This document shows, piece by piece, positions 38,841 through 48,095 of a stretch of 64,000 nucleotides of DNA; positions within the stretch are counted from its first letter, which is position 1, and each line of letters starts with the position of its first letter. Position numbers and translations under genes: made by a program. Location: positions 4,384,001-4,448,000 of the forward strand of contig OY970325.1 of the NCBI GenBank assembly GCA_963717145.1, read 5' to 3'. The stretch comes from an uncultured Armatimonadetes bacterium (lineage in GTDB: Bacteria; Armatimonadota; UBA5829; DTJY01). The notes below the pieces were generated by a model. The model ran no database searches. It had not been told where the DNA came from and saw nothing but the letters and a program-made list of their open reading frames with translations.

Positions 38841-39314
38841 ATGCAGAAAGCGCATGAAATCCTCGAGGCCGGCTCGACGAAGAGTCATGCCGAACCGATC
38901 CTCACCTGGAAGGTGCATCTGCTCCGGGAGCAGCCCAGGAAGCTGCTTCTGGTGATACCCGTCGCCGCCATGAGCCTGGTCGCATCCCACGTCTTCTTCC
39001 ACACCTTCACCTTTGGCCTCATCGCCATGTTTCTCATCATGGCCTCGCTCGCCGAATACCTGTTTCCCATTCGGTTCGAGATCGACTCGCAGGGCGCATC
39101 GGCACGGACACTCACAGCGCGCACTCGGATCGAATGGAGCCGGGTGAAGAAGTATTACCTGGACGACCGAGGCATCAAGTTGAGCCCGCTCTCCAGACAG
39201 ACCCGCCTCGAAGCCTATCGAGGCGTCTACCTCATGTTCGGCGACCGCAGGGATGAGGTCATCGAGGCGGTGAAGGAGATCAGAGATGCTGTTCAGACGC
39301 GGCGCGCAGACTGA
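38841..39314 (+). CDS. membrane protein with bacterial PH-like domain
   Basis: Two TM helices, then RIEWSRVKK and LSPLSRQTRLEAYRGVYL. Confidence 0.65.
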   Translation: MQKAHEILEAGSTKSHAEPILTWKVHLLREQPRKLLLVIPVAAMSLVASHVFFHTFTFGLIAMFLIMASLAEYLFPIRFEIDSQGASARTLTARTRIEWSRVKKYYLDDRGIKLSPLSRQTRLEAYRGVYLMFGDRRDEVIEAVKEIRDAVQTRRAD

Positions 39315-39600
39315 TCCGGAGGACTACGAGGACGACCAGCTCACTCGCGAGGAGCGCGATAAGTTGATAACCGAGCTTGCGCAGAAGGTCGTGGACAAAC
39401 GGATGGAGACGCCCGCGATCATGTTCCTCGAGATGCACAAGCCGGTGACGTTTCTCGCGAGCCAGTCAATGCTGGTGGCGAGCCCATTTCTCGTGCCGCT
39501 CTTCGGCGCGGAAGGCGTGCAGAAGTACTCCCGGCTGTTCGGATCGGTGGACAACGTGGAGCTTCTGATCGAGCGGATCGAGGAGCTTTCGGACAAGTAG
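39286..39600 (+). CDS. small conserved hypothetical protein of the DUF6754 operon
   Basis: LAQKVVDKRMETPAIMFLEMHKPV...NVELLIERIEEL. Confidence 0.7.
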   Translation: MLFRRGAQTDPEDYEDDQLTREERDKLITELAQKVVDKRMETPAIMFLEMHKPVTFLASQSMLVASPFLVPLFGAEGVQKYSRLFGSVDNVELLIERIEELSDK

Positions 39601-39609
39601 TGATGGAGG

Positions 39610-39676
39610 GCTGTAGGGGCGTGCCTTGTGCCGCCCGACATACGCTTGCCGGCGGCACAAGGCACGCCCCTACAGC
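39610..39676. repeat. GTAG-family REP doublet
   Basis: GTAGGGGCGTGCCTTGTGCCGCC arm and its inverse. Confidence 0.85.
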
Positions 39677-39696
39677 TCGTGACACTCGGGGGCACT

Positions 39697-40473
39697 GTGG
39701 AGCATGCGAACTGGCCCGTAGCGATCATGTTGGCGGTCTTCTGCTTCGTGATCCTGTACAAGATTCTGTCCGCCCGCCGGGGTAGGGACCTTTATATCCG
39801 CAAGATACCGGGGCTGAACGCCATCGACGAGGCGGTTGGCCGGGCCACCGAGATGGGCCGTCCGATCATGTTCACCCCGGGGTACGCGGTCTTGAGTCTG
39901 TCAACGCTGCAGGCGCTTTCGGTCCTGCGGCACGTGATGATCATTGCGGCGAAGTACCGGACGAGAGTGATCGTTCCAACCGCGGATTCGGTCGTCTACA
40001 CGATCGCCGAGGAGGTCAGCAAGGACGCCTGCGCCACGGCGGGCAGGCCGGAACAGCACCACCCGGAGGATATCAGGTTTCTCTCCGACGATCAGTTCGC
40101 ATATGCGGCGGGATGTGTGGGTATCCTGACCCGTGAGAAGATCGCGTCGAACTTCATGTTTGGCTCGTTCCAGGCGGAGGCGCTGATCCTGTCGGAGACA
40201 GGTCACAATGTCGGCGCGATGCAGGTCGCGAGTACGCCGGGTGTCATTCAGGTGCCGTTCTTCATCGCATCGTGCGATTACACGATGTTCGGCGATGAGT
40301 TCTATGCTGCGAGCGCATACCTGAGCCGGGAGCCGACGCTATTGGGGAGTCTCGTCGGCCAGGACTACGCGAAGTCGCTGCTGATGCTTATCATCATAGT
40401 TGGGATCATCACTGCTTCGGTGCTCGGCGCCGATCATCACGTGCTGAAATTGCTCGAGACAGGAATACCGTAG
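39697..40473 (+). CDS. DUF6754 domain membrane protein (copy 1)
   Basis: IRKIPGLNAIDEAVGRATEMGRP, QFAYA and GDEFYAASAYLS; GTG start. Confidence 0.85.
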   Translation: MEHANWPVAIMLAVFCFVILYKILSARRGRDLYIRKIPGLNAIDEAVGRATEMGRPIMFTPGYAVLSLSTLQALSVLRHVMIIAAKYRTRVIVPTADSVVYTIAEEVSKDACATAGRPEQHHPEDIRFLSDDQFAYAAGCVGILTREKIASNFMFGSFQAEALILSETGHNVGAMQVASTPGVIQVPFFIASCDYTMFGDEFYAASAYLSREPTLLGSLVGQDYAKSLLMLIIIVGIITASVLGADHHVLKLLETGIP

Positions 40474-40560
40474 GGGCGGGCTTCTACGCCCGCCCGACAC
40501 TGTAGGGGCGATCCTTCCACGGTCGCCCGACAGGGGAGGCCGTTGAAGGCCTCCCCTACG
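40470..40560. repeat. cluster of three GTAG-family REP units
   Basis: GTAGGGGCGGG..., GTAGGGGCGATC... and ...CTCCCCTAC. Confidence 0.8.
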
Positions 40561-40573
40561 GACTATAGTTGCC

Positions 40574-41353
40574 ATGGAACACGCGAACTACCCGATAGCA
40601 GTCCTGGAAGCCATCCTGGTCTTCCTCATACTGTACAAGATATTCTCCGCTCGGCGGGGCAGGCAGTTGTACATCCGCCGAATCCCGGGGCTCAACGCCA
40701 TCGACGAGGCCGTCGGTCGCGCGACCGAGATGGGCCGCCCGATCATGTTCTCTCCCGGGATCAACACCCTGAACCTGCCGACACTGCAGGCGCTCTCGAT
40801 CCTCCGGCACGTGACGGCGATTGCGGCCAAGTACCGGACGCGAGTCATCGTGCCGACCTGCGATTCGGTGGTCTACACGATCGCCGAGGAGATCAGCAAG
40901 GATGCCTACAACTCGGAGGGCAGGCCGGAGCAGTTCAATCCGGACGACATCAGGTACCTGTCGGATGACCAGTTCGCGTATGCCTCCGGGTGCGTAGGGA
41001 TACTGACCCGCGAGAAGGTCGCATCGAGCTTCATGTTCGGCGCATTCTTCGCCGAGGCGCTGATCCTTGCGGAGACCGGTCACAACGTCGGCGCGATGCA
41101 GGTTGCCGGCACGCCGAGTACGACGCAGATTCCGTTTTTCATCACATCGTGCGATTACACGATCATCGGCGATGAGTTCTACGCCGCGAGCGCCTACCTG
41201 AGCCGGGAGCCGACGCTTCTCGGAAGCCTCGTGGGCCAGGATTACGCAAAGGCGGTGTTGATCATCGTGGTCTTGCTGGGCATTGTGACCGCCTCGATTC
41301 CATGGGTGAGTCATCAGTTCCCGCATCTGCTTACGCTGTTCAGCGGATCTTGA
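40574..41353 (+). CDS. DUF6754 domain membrane protein (copy 2)
   Basis: Close paralog of copy 1 with the same motifs. Confidence 0.85.
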   Translation: MEHANYPIAVLEAILVFLILYKIFSARRGRQLYIRRIPGLNAIDEAVGRATEMGRPIMFSPGINTLNLPTLQALSILRHVTAIAAKYRTRVIVPTCDSVVYTIAEEISKDAYNSEGRPEQFNPDDIRYLSDDQFAYASGCVGILTREKVASSFMFGAFFAEALILAETGHNVGAMQVAGTPSTTQIPFFITSCDYTIIGDEFYAASAYLSREPTLLGSLVGQDYAKAVLIIVVLLGIVTASIPWVSHQFPHLLTLFSGS

Positions 41354-41367
41354 CATGCGTGACTTCG

Positions 41368-41452
41368 TAACGACCTGTTGGGGATGGAGTTGGACTCCAT
41401 CCCCACTAGTCCCTGGGGGATGGAGTCCAACTCCATCCCCAACGGGTCGTTA
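41368..41452. repeat. GGGATGGAG variant of the GGGAGGGAG doublet
   Basis: Inverted arms with a compensatory change in the internal stem. Confidence 0.8.
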
Positions 41453-41481
41453 GGATGCCGGGGGCGTTTTCGGAGGACTAG

Positions 41482-42297
41482 TTGTTTACACAATGGGTGG
41501 TGAAACCAGGCGCGCCCCAGTACTTGTGGCTGCTCGCCGTGCTGGGCGATTTCCTGATATTGGGCGGTGCGCTCTTCTTCCTGCTGAGGATGGTCCCGAG
41601 CAGGTTCAGGAAGACGCTCGTCGCCATAGTCACGTTCGCCGCGGGACTGATCTACTCCGTCGAGTTCTTCGTGCCGGTGCCTGCGGGCCGGGACGGCAAC
41701 TTCCTGACCAACTTCGCGCAGAAGACGGTCACGGACGTCGTGCTCGTGCTTTCGACATTCGCGCTCGGCCTCGGGATATACAGCCTGCTCCGATTCCACG
41801 GGCGCATTCTGGCTCGGCGGCGACCGGGATGGCACAACAGCTTCGCGCTGTACGTCGCCTTTTTCGCCATGCTGCTCACGGGCTTCTGGACTATGATGAG
41901 CAAGGCTCCTGCCGCCGAGAATACGTTCGATGCGCTCTTCCGCGGCATGGTCGCGGCCCCCGGCGCGACGATGTTCTCCATAATCGCATTCTATATCGTC
42001 TCTGCAGCCTACAGAGCCTTCCGCATCAGGTCCGCTGAGGCGACCCTCATGCTCGCGGCGGCGTTCGTAGTCATGCTCGGAAGCGTCCCGGTCGGCGAGT
42101 ATCTGACGAGCGGACTCCCGGCGACGGGCTTCTGGAGCAACCTCCGGATGGAGAACGTCAACCTCTGGATACTGAAGGAACCGAACATGGCGGCATGGCG
42201 CGGGATCTCCTTCGGCGTCGAGATCGGCGCGCTGGCGATGGCACTGCGCACCTGGTTGAGCCTCGAGCGGGGCAGTTTCTTCGAGAGAGAGTTGTAA
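41482..42297 (+). CDS. multi-pass membrane protein of the DUF6754 operon
   Basis: ATMFSIIAFYIVSAAYRAFRIRSAEAT...GSVPVG...LRTWLSLER. Confidence 0.8.
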   Translation: MFTQWVVKPGAPQYLWLLAVLGDFLILGGALFFLLRMVPSRFRKTLVAIVTFAAGLIYSVEFFVPVPAGRDGNFLTNFAQKTVTDVVLVLSTFALGLGIYSLLRFHGRILARRRPGWHNSFALYVAFFAMLLTGFWTMMSKAPAAENTFDALFRGMVAAPGATMFSIIAFYIVSAAYRAFRIRSAEATLMLAAAFVVMLGSVPVGEYLTSGLPATGFWSNLRMENVNLWILKEPNMAAWRGISFGVEIGALAMALRTWLSLERGSFFEREL

Positions 42298-42298
42298 C

Positions 42299-43181
42299 GT
42301 GGAAAGACAGAACCGATCTACAACTGACCGCATCCTTACGGCCTTCGAGAGCCTCCAGCACATCGACCGGCGGATCATGTATGCCCTCCTGGCCATCGTT
42401 GTCGCTATTCCGCTGATTCCGGCACTAAACATAAGGCAGCCGCTCGTGGTCACATGGCCCGTCAAGGGCGCATACGACACGATCGAGAAGATGCCCGCCG
42501 ACAAGCTGGCGATCATCGACATACTCTGGGATTCCGGCACCATCGCCGAGAGCCGCCCGCAGACCGAGGCGATCATACGCCACCTCATGATCCGGAACAA
42601 GAAGTTCGCCATCGTCGCCTTCATGCCTCAGGGGAACAAACTCGCATACGACTCGGCCAAGAAGATCGGCAAGGAACTCGGCAAGGAGTACGGCAAGGAT
42701 TGGATCCACTGGGGATACAGGCCCGGCGGCGCGATGATCCAGTTCATGATGGGCATTGGACGAGACATCCCCGGCACAGTCAAGTCCGACATCGAGGGCA
42801 AGCCGGTCACGTCCTACCCGATCATGCAGGGCGTCAAGAGCATCAAGAACGGCGACGTAGGCGCGATAGTGGAGGTTACTCCTTCCGGCACTCTGGACTA
42901 CTGGATCGCGTTCGTCTACGGTCCGTATCGCACGCCGATCATCTACTGCCCGACCGCGGTGATGGCGCACGGAGGGGTACAACCCGCTCGACGCCGGTCA
43001 GATCACGGGCATGCTGACCGGCATGAAGGGTGCGGCCGAGTACGAGTCGCTACTCGGGCGCAGGGACTTCGCCACTCGGGCGACCGGCTCCTTGTCCACG
43101 TCTCATCTACTGATTATAGTCTTGATTATCATCGGCAACATCGGGTACATCAGTTCCCGACGCCGACGAAGCGAAGGTTAA
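42299..43181 (+). CDS. membrane-anchored protein of the DUF6754 operon (1-nt insertion at 42969)
   Basis: Removing A42969 gives TAVMAPEGYNPLDAGQITGMLTGMKGAAEYE, a TM helix and TAA 43181; the 523-aa track ORF is an artefactual fusion. Confidence 0.8.
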
Positions 43182-43186
43182 CCAGT

Positions 43187-43870
43187 ATGCACACACTGAT
43201 GTCATGGCTGTCGAACAGCAGCATAACGGACGGCATAGCGCTCTGGCTCGCGGTGGGCGCGACGCTCGGGATCTACTCGATCCTGTATAAGGAGAACCCC
43301 GTCTACCGCCTCGTGGAGCATATCTACATCGGCGCGGCGGCCGGCTACTACTCCTACATCGGCTGGGCTCAGACGCTCAAGCCGCTGTGGTGGGATCGCA
43401 TCACGGCCGGACAGTGGCCCTGGATATTCGCCCTCATCGGCGGCTCGATGTTCTACTTCATCTACAGCCGGCGTCACGTATGGGTCAGCCGTATCATCTT
43501 CGGCGCGCTGCTCGGACTCGTTTCCGGCGCTGCCTTCAAGGGATTCGCGGGCCTGAACGTCGACCGGATCGAGGCGTCGTTCAAGCCGCTCTGGGGCTTG
43601 GGTGTGGAGTGGCCCCAAAGAATCAGCAACATCCTGGCGATGATCATCCTGTTGACCGTGATGATGTACTTCTTCTTCTCGTTCGAACACAAGACCCGCC
43701 TTCACCGAGCGCCGGCCAATCTGGGGCGCTGGTTCCTCATGTTCGCCTTCGGAGCGATGTTCGGCTCCACGGTCATGGCGCGCATGTCGCTTCTCATAGG
43801 CAGAGTCTTCTTTCTCATCTCCGAGTGGTACCCCGCCCTTCGTCACGTCTTCATGCGCATCGTGTACTAG
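43187..43870 (+). CDS. multi-pass membrane protein of the DUF6754 operon
   Basis: IYSILYKENPVYRLVEHIYIG...GRWFLMFAFGAMFGSTVMARMSLLIGR. Confidence 0.8.
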   Translation: MHTLMSWLSNSSITDGIALWLAVGATLGIYSILYKENPVYRLVEHIYIGAAAGYYSYIGWAQTLKPLWWDRITAGQWPWIFALIGGSMFYFIYSRRHVWVSRIIFGALLGLVSGAAFKGFAGLNVDRIEASFKPLWGLGVEWPQRISNILAMIILLTVMMYFFFSFEHKTRLHRAPANLGRWFLMFAFGAMFGSTVMARMSLLIGRVFFLISEWYPALRHVFMRIVY

Positions 43871-43891
43871 ACGACATGGAGTGCGGAACGT

Positions 43892-43972
43892 GCCCTCACC
43901 CCCGACCCCTCTCCCAGAGGGCGAGGGGAGTGTCCCCCATCGCCCTCTGGGAGAGGGGTCGGGGGTGAGGGC
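43892..43972. repeat. CCCTCACCCC/GGGGTGAGGG-family palindrome
   Basis: GCCCTCACCCCCGACCCCTCTCCCAGAGGGCGA arm and its inverse. Confidence 0.85.
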
Positions 43973-44102
43973 CGCGTTTCATCCCTCCTTCCGCGCATCC
44001 TCCCCGACACGTTTGGCGGCGCCCGCCAACATGGTACATAACTCCTGATTCTCAAGAACGGGGTCGGCTGCCGTGTGCGGCCACCCCAAGAAGGAGTTAC
44101 CG

Positions 44103-44456
44103 ATGACAACACAACAGATACCGAGAAACGAGTGGATAACCTACCTTACCACCTTTAGCGCCAACAACCAGACCAGGCCGGTGAACATCGATCTGGAGAG
44201 CAACGAACTCGGCCCGCAGCGGTTGGTGGAGGGCAAGCCTTTCATCGCGGCCGAGGCCGACACTGAGGGGAAAGAGAACGTGATCACGCTGATCGCGGGA
44301 GATCCCGAAGGCGGGGAGCCGGAAGCGCTGACACATGAGGTCGTCGATCCGAACGCGGTGTGGGTCAAGGCGGATGACGAGGGTCACGTCGAGGCCCTGG
44401 ACATCGAGAGCCCGGACGGCAGGACGATCATCCAGTTCATCAGCCGCGCGGCCTAG
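44103..44456 (+). CDS. DUF5335-like protein
   Basis: IPRNEWITYLTTFS...LTHEVVDP...ALDIESPDG; RBS AAGGAG. Confidence 0.7.
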   Translation: MTTQQIPRNEWITYLTTFSANNQTRPVNIDLESNELGPQRLVEGKPFIAAEADTEGKENVITLIAGDPEGGEPEALTHEVVDPNAVWVKADDEGHVEALDIESPDGRTIIQFISRAA

Positions 44457-44467
44457 TCGCCCGGAAC

Positions 44468-44534
44468 CGTAGTGGCCGTGCCTCAGCGCCGGCCAGCGGC
44501 GACAGGAGGCCGGCACTGAGGCACGGCCACTACG
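44468..44534. repeat. GTAGTGGCC-family REP doublet
   Basis: GTAGTGGCCGTGCCTC...GAGGCACGGCCACTAC; related copy at 50390-50486. Confidence 0.85.
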
Positions 44535-44555
44535 CGCCGCACGAGGAACAAGACC

Positions 44556-44999
44556 ATGAGAAACCCTGAGGATCGTCTGCACAAGGACTATGACGTCGTC
44601 GAGAACCTCGGCGATCTGATCGCGGCCAGGGAGGAGCGCGATTCGGCCATCGCCGATGATGTCGATGCGATGGAGGACATCGACTTGGATCACCTGGAGA
44701 TCGATCCGGAGAAAGAGCTGACCTACCCTCACAAGCACGGGCCTTCTGAGGATCACAAGCTCGGACTCGATGTCGAACTGATGGATACACCCGATCAACG
44801 GGACATGGGGGTCGACTGGCAGGATTCGGCCGAGGCGATGCTCCTCACCGATCCCGACCCGAACGAAGGGATGGGCGACGAAACCGTCATCGAGAGCTAC
44901 TCGTTCGTGCTGCCTGACGACGTGCTCGATCTCGAGCCCGCCGAAGGGAGCGTCGGAACCAACACGACCGCCACTCCCCCGGATTACGAGGAAACCTAG
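44556..44999 (+). CDS. highly acidic hypothetical protein
   Basis: 147 aa, strongly D/E-rich; RBS GAGGA; followed by a terminator. Confidence 0.7.
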   Translation: MRNPEDRLHKDYDVVENLGDLIAAREERDSAIADDVDAMEDIDLDHLEIDPEKELTYPHKHGPSEDHKLGLDVELMDTPDQRDMGVDWQDSAEAMLLTDPDPNEGMGDETVIESYSFVLPDDVLDLEPAEGSVGTNTTATPPDYEET

Positions 45000-45038
45000 G
45001 TCGGCCTGAGTCGACATTTGGACGGACGTTTCTGACAC

Positions 45039-45066
45039 GGACGGCGGTATCCACCGCCGTCCTTTT
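45039..45066 (+). terminator. intrinsic terminator
   Basis: GGACGGCGG/CCGCCGTCC followed by TTTT. Confidence 0.75.
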
Positions 45067-45148
45067 CCATGCCCCTGTCACATTCCTCGCTACGCTCGCG
45101 ATCCAGTTGATGCGTCAGGGCATTTACGAGATCTTCAGGCCTTAGAGT

Positions 45149-45174
45149 GTTTCGGCTTGCTGTCCAAGGGGTAT
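45149..45174 (+). promoter_or_regulatory. SigB-like stress promoter
   Basis: GTTTCG-N14-GGGTAT. Confidence 0.6.
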
Positions 45175-45238
45175 AGGGGTAACGGCCTACAACGTCTTCT
45201 GGACCACGCCAGGAGTGGCGTGAAATCCAGAGGAGGCA

Positions 45239-46234
45239 GTGGGTAGCACAGGCGCGCGGAAACCTGCACCTGTAATCCCAAATGTCGTTCCAGCACTAAT
45301 GGCGTCAATGCACAAAATCGGAATCGTTACGTCGAGCATCGATAGGGACTGGACCAGCCAGCAATTGCTGGGCGCCGCGCAGGAGTTATGCGCCGGTGGC
45401 GTCGTGGACCCAATGGGATTTGACCTCTCCGTTGACGGCCACTGCTCGATACGCATGCATGGCCAATCGCTGGATGACTATTCAGCCTACATCGTTCGCG
45501 GTCTCAACAGGCGTGGCGAGATCGACTACCAATACGAGATACTCGAGCTTCTGCTGAGCCAGGGGAAGCTCGTGATCAACACTCCGATGGGCCTTTCCAC
45601 CGCCGAGAGCAAGCCGCTCACTACGTATCGGCTCAGGGAGGCCGGCCTTCCCGTTCCCCGCACCGCCGTCACCCAGGATGTCGATGAGGCCAGGCGAATT
45701 GTCGCCGAGTTCGGGACCTGTGTTCTCAAACCGCTTTACGGCTCATATGGGATCGGGATCGAGCTTATCACTCCGGACACGCCCCCCGAGATACTCTTGG
45801 AGTTCATGCAGCACAACCGAGTCGCGTACATACAGGATTACGTTCCAAACGATGGGCAAGATATCCGCGCGTTTGTTGTGGGGGACGACGTGCCGGCCGC
45901 GATGCACAGGTTCGCCGCTGAAGGCGAGTGGAAGACCAACGTGCATCAGGGCGCCAGTTGCCGGCCGTGTGAACTGACGCCGGAGATGCACGAGATATGC
46001 CTGGAGGCAGCGCGTGTAGCGGGTCTGGACTACACGGGTGTCGATCTCATCGACGGCCCGGATGGGCCGACGATCATCGAGCTGAACGGGGCGCCTTCAT
46101 GGTATGGCCTGTCTGAGACTACGGATCGCAACATGGCTGCTGACATCGTAGGATATGTGCTGGATAAGCTCGCGAGCGGGCAGCCTGCGAGGCAGCCTGT
46201 CGCGTCTCAGTGTGCTGCTGCGTATGCCCTTTGA
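45239..46234 (+). CDS. RimK/LysX/MptN-family ATP-grasp ligase (start may be ATG 45308)
   Basis: KPLYGSYGIG, QDY, DIRAFVVG, WKTNVHQG, GVDL and ELNGAP. Confidence 0.88.
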   Translation: MGSTGARKPAPVIPNVVPALMASMHKIGIVTSSIDRDWTSQQLLGAAQELCAGGVVDPMGFDLSVDGHCSIRMHGQSLDDYSAYIVRGLNRRGEIDYQYEILELLLSQGKLVINTPMGLSTAESKPLTTYRLREAGLPVPRTAVTQDVDEARRIVAEFGTCVLKPLYGSYGIGIELITPDTPPEILLEFMQHNRVAYIQDYVPNDGQDIRAFVVGDDVPAAMHRFAAEGEWKTNVHQGASCRPCELTPEMHEICLEAARVAGLDYTGVDLIDGPDGPTIIELNGAPSWYGLSETTDRNMAADIVGYVLDKLASGQPARQPVASQCAAAYAL

Positions 46235-46303
46235 TGCCATCCGAGCTATGGCCGGGAAGGATAGAGGTGAGTTTCAAGAGGGGCAATATTATGCTGACAG
46301 GAT

Positions 46304-46329
46304 GTTTGGCAGGTTTGGCAAATGGTTAT
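46304..46329 (+). promoter_or_regulatory. SigB-like stress promoter
   Basis: GTTTGG-N14-GGTTAT, 25 nt before the first KGG gene. Confidence 0.55.
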
Positions 46330-46354
46330 AACGCGATTGAGGAGGTGAACCTCC

Positions 46355-46606
46355 ATGCGTGGGGAAGAAAAGGGCGAAATGACTGTCAGCGAGGCCGGGC
46401 GCAGAGGCGGCGAGAAGACCGCAGAGACCCATGGCCATGAGTTCTACGAGGAGATCGGTCACAAAGGTGGCGAGGCAGGTGGCCAGAAGGGTGGCGAGGC
46501 CACCAAAGAGAAGTATGGCCACGAGTTCTACGAGGAGATTGGTCACAAGGGTGGCCAGAAGGTTAGAGAGTTGATCAAACAGGGCAAGAAATCCAAGGGC
46601 GACTAA
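46355..46606 (+). CDS. KGG-repeat general stress protein (GsiB/Em-like) 1
   Basis: MTVSEAGRRGG; HEFYEEIGHKGG twice. Confidence 0.92.
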   Translation: MRGEEKGEMTVSEAGRRGGEKTAETHGHEFYEEIGHKGGEAGGQKGGEATKEKYGHEFYEEIGHKGGQKVRELIKQGKKSKGD

Positions 46607-46702
46607 GATTGTGATCGGGTCGCTGCCCGAGTCAATATTGCATACCAAACGAACCTGCGGCCCAATCCGCGTTTGGGCCGAAATGACTAGGAGGTGAGAT
46701 GA

Positions 46703-46870
46703 ATGGTCAAGGAGAAGAAGGGCGGAATGACCGTAAGTGAAGCTGGGCGCAAGGGTGGTGAGACCACCAGCGAGAAGTACGGTCATGAGTTCTACGAAGA
46801 GATCGGCCACAAGGGCGGCCAGAAGGTCAAGAGGCTGATCGAAGAGGGCAAGAAGGCTGCTAAGAAGTAG
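46703..46870 (+). CDS. KGG-repeat general stress protein 2 (55 aa, not in the ORF track)
   Basis: MVKEKKGGMTVSEAGRKGGETTSEKYGHEFYEEIGHKGG; RBS AGGAGGTG. Confidence 0.9.
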   Translation: MVKEKKGGMTVSEAGRKGGETTSEKYGHEFYEEIGHKGGQKVKRLIEEGKKAAKK

Positions 46871-46963
46871 TTTGACTGCGACCCTAAGAACATCAGGATG
46901 AGACAACACGCCCATCATGGGCAGTTCCATAGAGCCTTCCACATTACACAGGAGGTGAATGAG

Positions 46964-47194
46964 ATGGCCGAGGAAAACAAGGGTGGTATGACGGTAAGCG
47001 AGGCCGGGAGAAGGGGTGGAAAGCGCACCTCACAGACTCACGGTCATGACTTCTACGAAGCGATCGGTAAGAAGGGTGGGGAGACCACGAGTGAGAAATA
47101 TGGTACTCCCTTCTACGAGGAGATTGGCCACAAGGGTGGTCAGAAGGTCCGAGAGCTGATCGAAGAAGGCAAGAAGGCAACCGGCGAGAAATGA
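46964..47194 (+). CDS. KGG-repeat general stress protein 3
   Basis: MTVSEAGRRGG plus two FYE.IG.KGG units; RBS AGGAGGTG. Confidence 0.92.
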   Translation: MAEENKGGMTVSEAGRRGGKRTSQTHGHDFYEAIGKKGGETTSEKYGTPFYEEIGHKGGQKVRELIEEGKKATGEK

Positions 47195-47322
47195 CCGGAA
47201 GCTAGATGATCCCCCCTCCCCATCTCCCCCAACAAGGGATGGCGAGGGGGGATCGTTCGATCATGTGCTTGGTGGGCGACTTCTCAAGTGTCCGCACGGC
47301 GCGCTGTTGAAGGTGGACGAGG

Positions 47323-47562
47323 ATGGCAGGCCAACGCAAAGGCGATATGACTGTGAGCGAGGCGGGACGCAGAGGCGGCGCGAAGACCTCGGAAACCCAC
47401 AGCCATGAGTTTTGCGAAGAGATGGGCAAGATGGGTGGACATAAGGGTGGCGAGACCACATCAGAGCGCTATGGACAAGGATTCTACGAAGAAATCGGCC
47501 ACAAGGGCGGTCAGAGGGTTAAGCATTTGGTTGAAGAGGGTAAAAGAATAGAGAGAGAGTAG
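47323..47562 (+). CDS. KGG-repeat general stress protein 4
   Basis: Same motifs, more divergent. Confidence 0.88.
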   Translation: MAGQRKGDMTVSEAGRRGGAKTSETHSHEFCEEMGKMGGHKGGETTSERYGQGFYEEIGHKGGQRVKHLVEEGKRIERE

Positions 47563-47790
47563 CTTTCGGCAGGCAGTCGTCCGACCGAAGGAGTAAGGCG
47601 GCGGCACGAAAAAGCAGAGCCGCACGCGGAGATCATTGAGGAAGGTAACAGAGCCATAGATATCCGGCTCCGGAAGCCCCTCGAAAGTAGGACTTGCGGG
47701 TGATGGTATCTGAGGCTCATCACATAGAGGCTTCGGAAGGAATCCGAAGCATGGACATAAGTCGGTAATGAATGAAAGGAAGTGTTCCCG

Positions 47791-48072
47791 ATGGCCAAAG
47801 AGAAAAAAGGTGCAATGACCGTTAGCGAAGCAGGCAAGAGAGGTGGCGAGACCACCAGCGAGCGCTACGGCCATGGGTTCTATGAAGAGATAGGTAAGAA
47901 GGGTGGCAAGACCACTAGCCAGCGCTATGGCTCGCCCTTCTATGAAGAGATCGGCGCCAAGGGTGGCCAGACGACCAGTTCGAAGTATGGCCACGAGTTC
48001 TACGAAGAAATCGGCCACAAGGGTGGTCAGAAGGTCAAGGAACTCATCGAGAGAGGGAAGGCCGGAACCTAG
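47791..48072 (+). CDS. KGG-repeat general stress protein 5
   Basis: Three TTS.(R/K)YG..FYEEIG.KGG units. Confidence 0.92.
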   Translation: MAKEKKGAMTVSEAGKRGGETTSERYGHGFYEEIGKKGGKTTSQRYGSPFYEEIGAKGGQTTSSKYGHEFYEEIGHKGGQKVKELIERGKAGT

Positions 48073-48095
48073 GCTTTCCGCTTGGCTCTAGCTCG

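Noticed and set aside
42299-43870. Single 523-aa fusion protein from the ORF track
   Set aside because: The middle part is out-of-frame sequence; removing one base yields two normal genes
47590-47703. Possible sixth degenerate KGG gene (EIIEEGNRA)
   Set aside because: Only a short tail-like match with no start codon or KGG core
46289-48018. Repetitive hydrophobic ORFs on the minus strand
   Set aside because: Antisense shadows of the KGG genes
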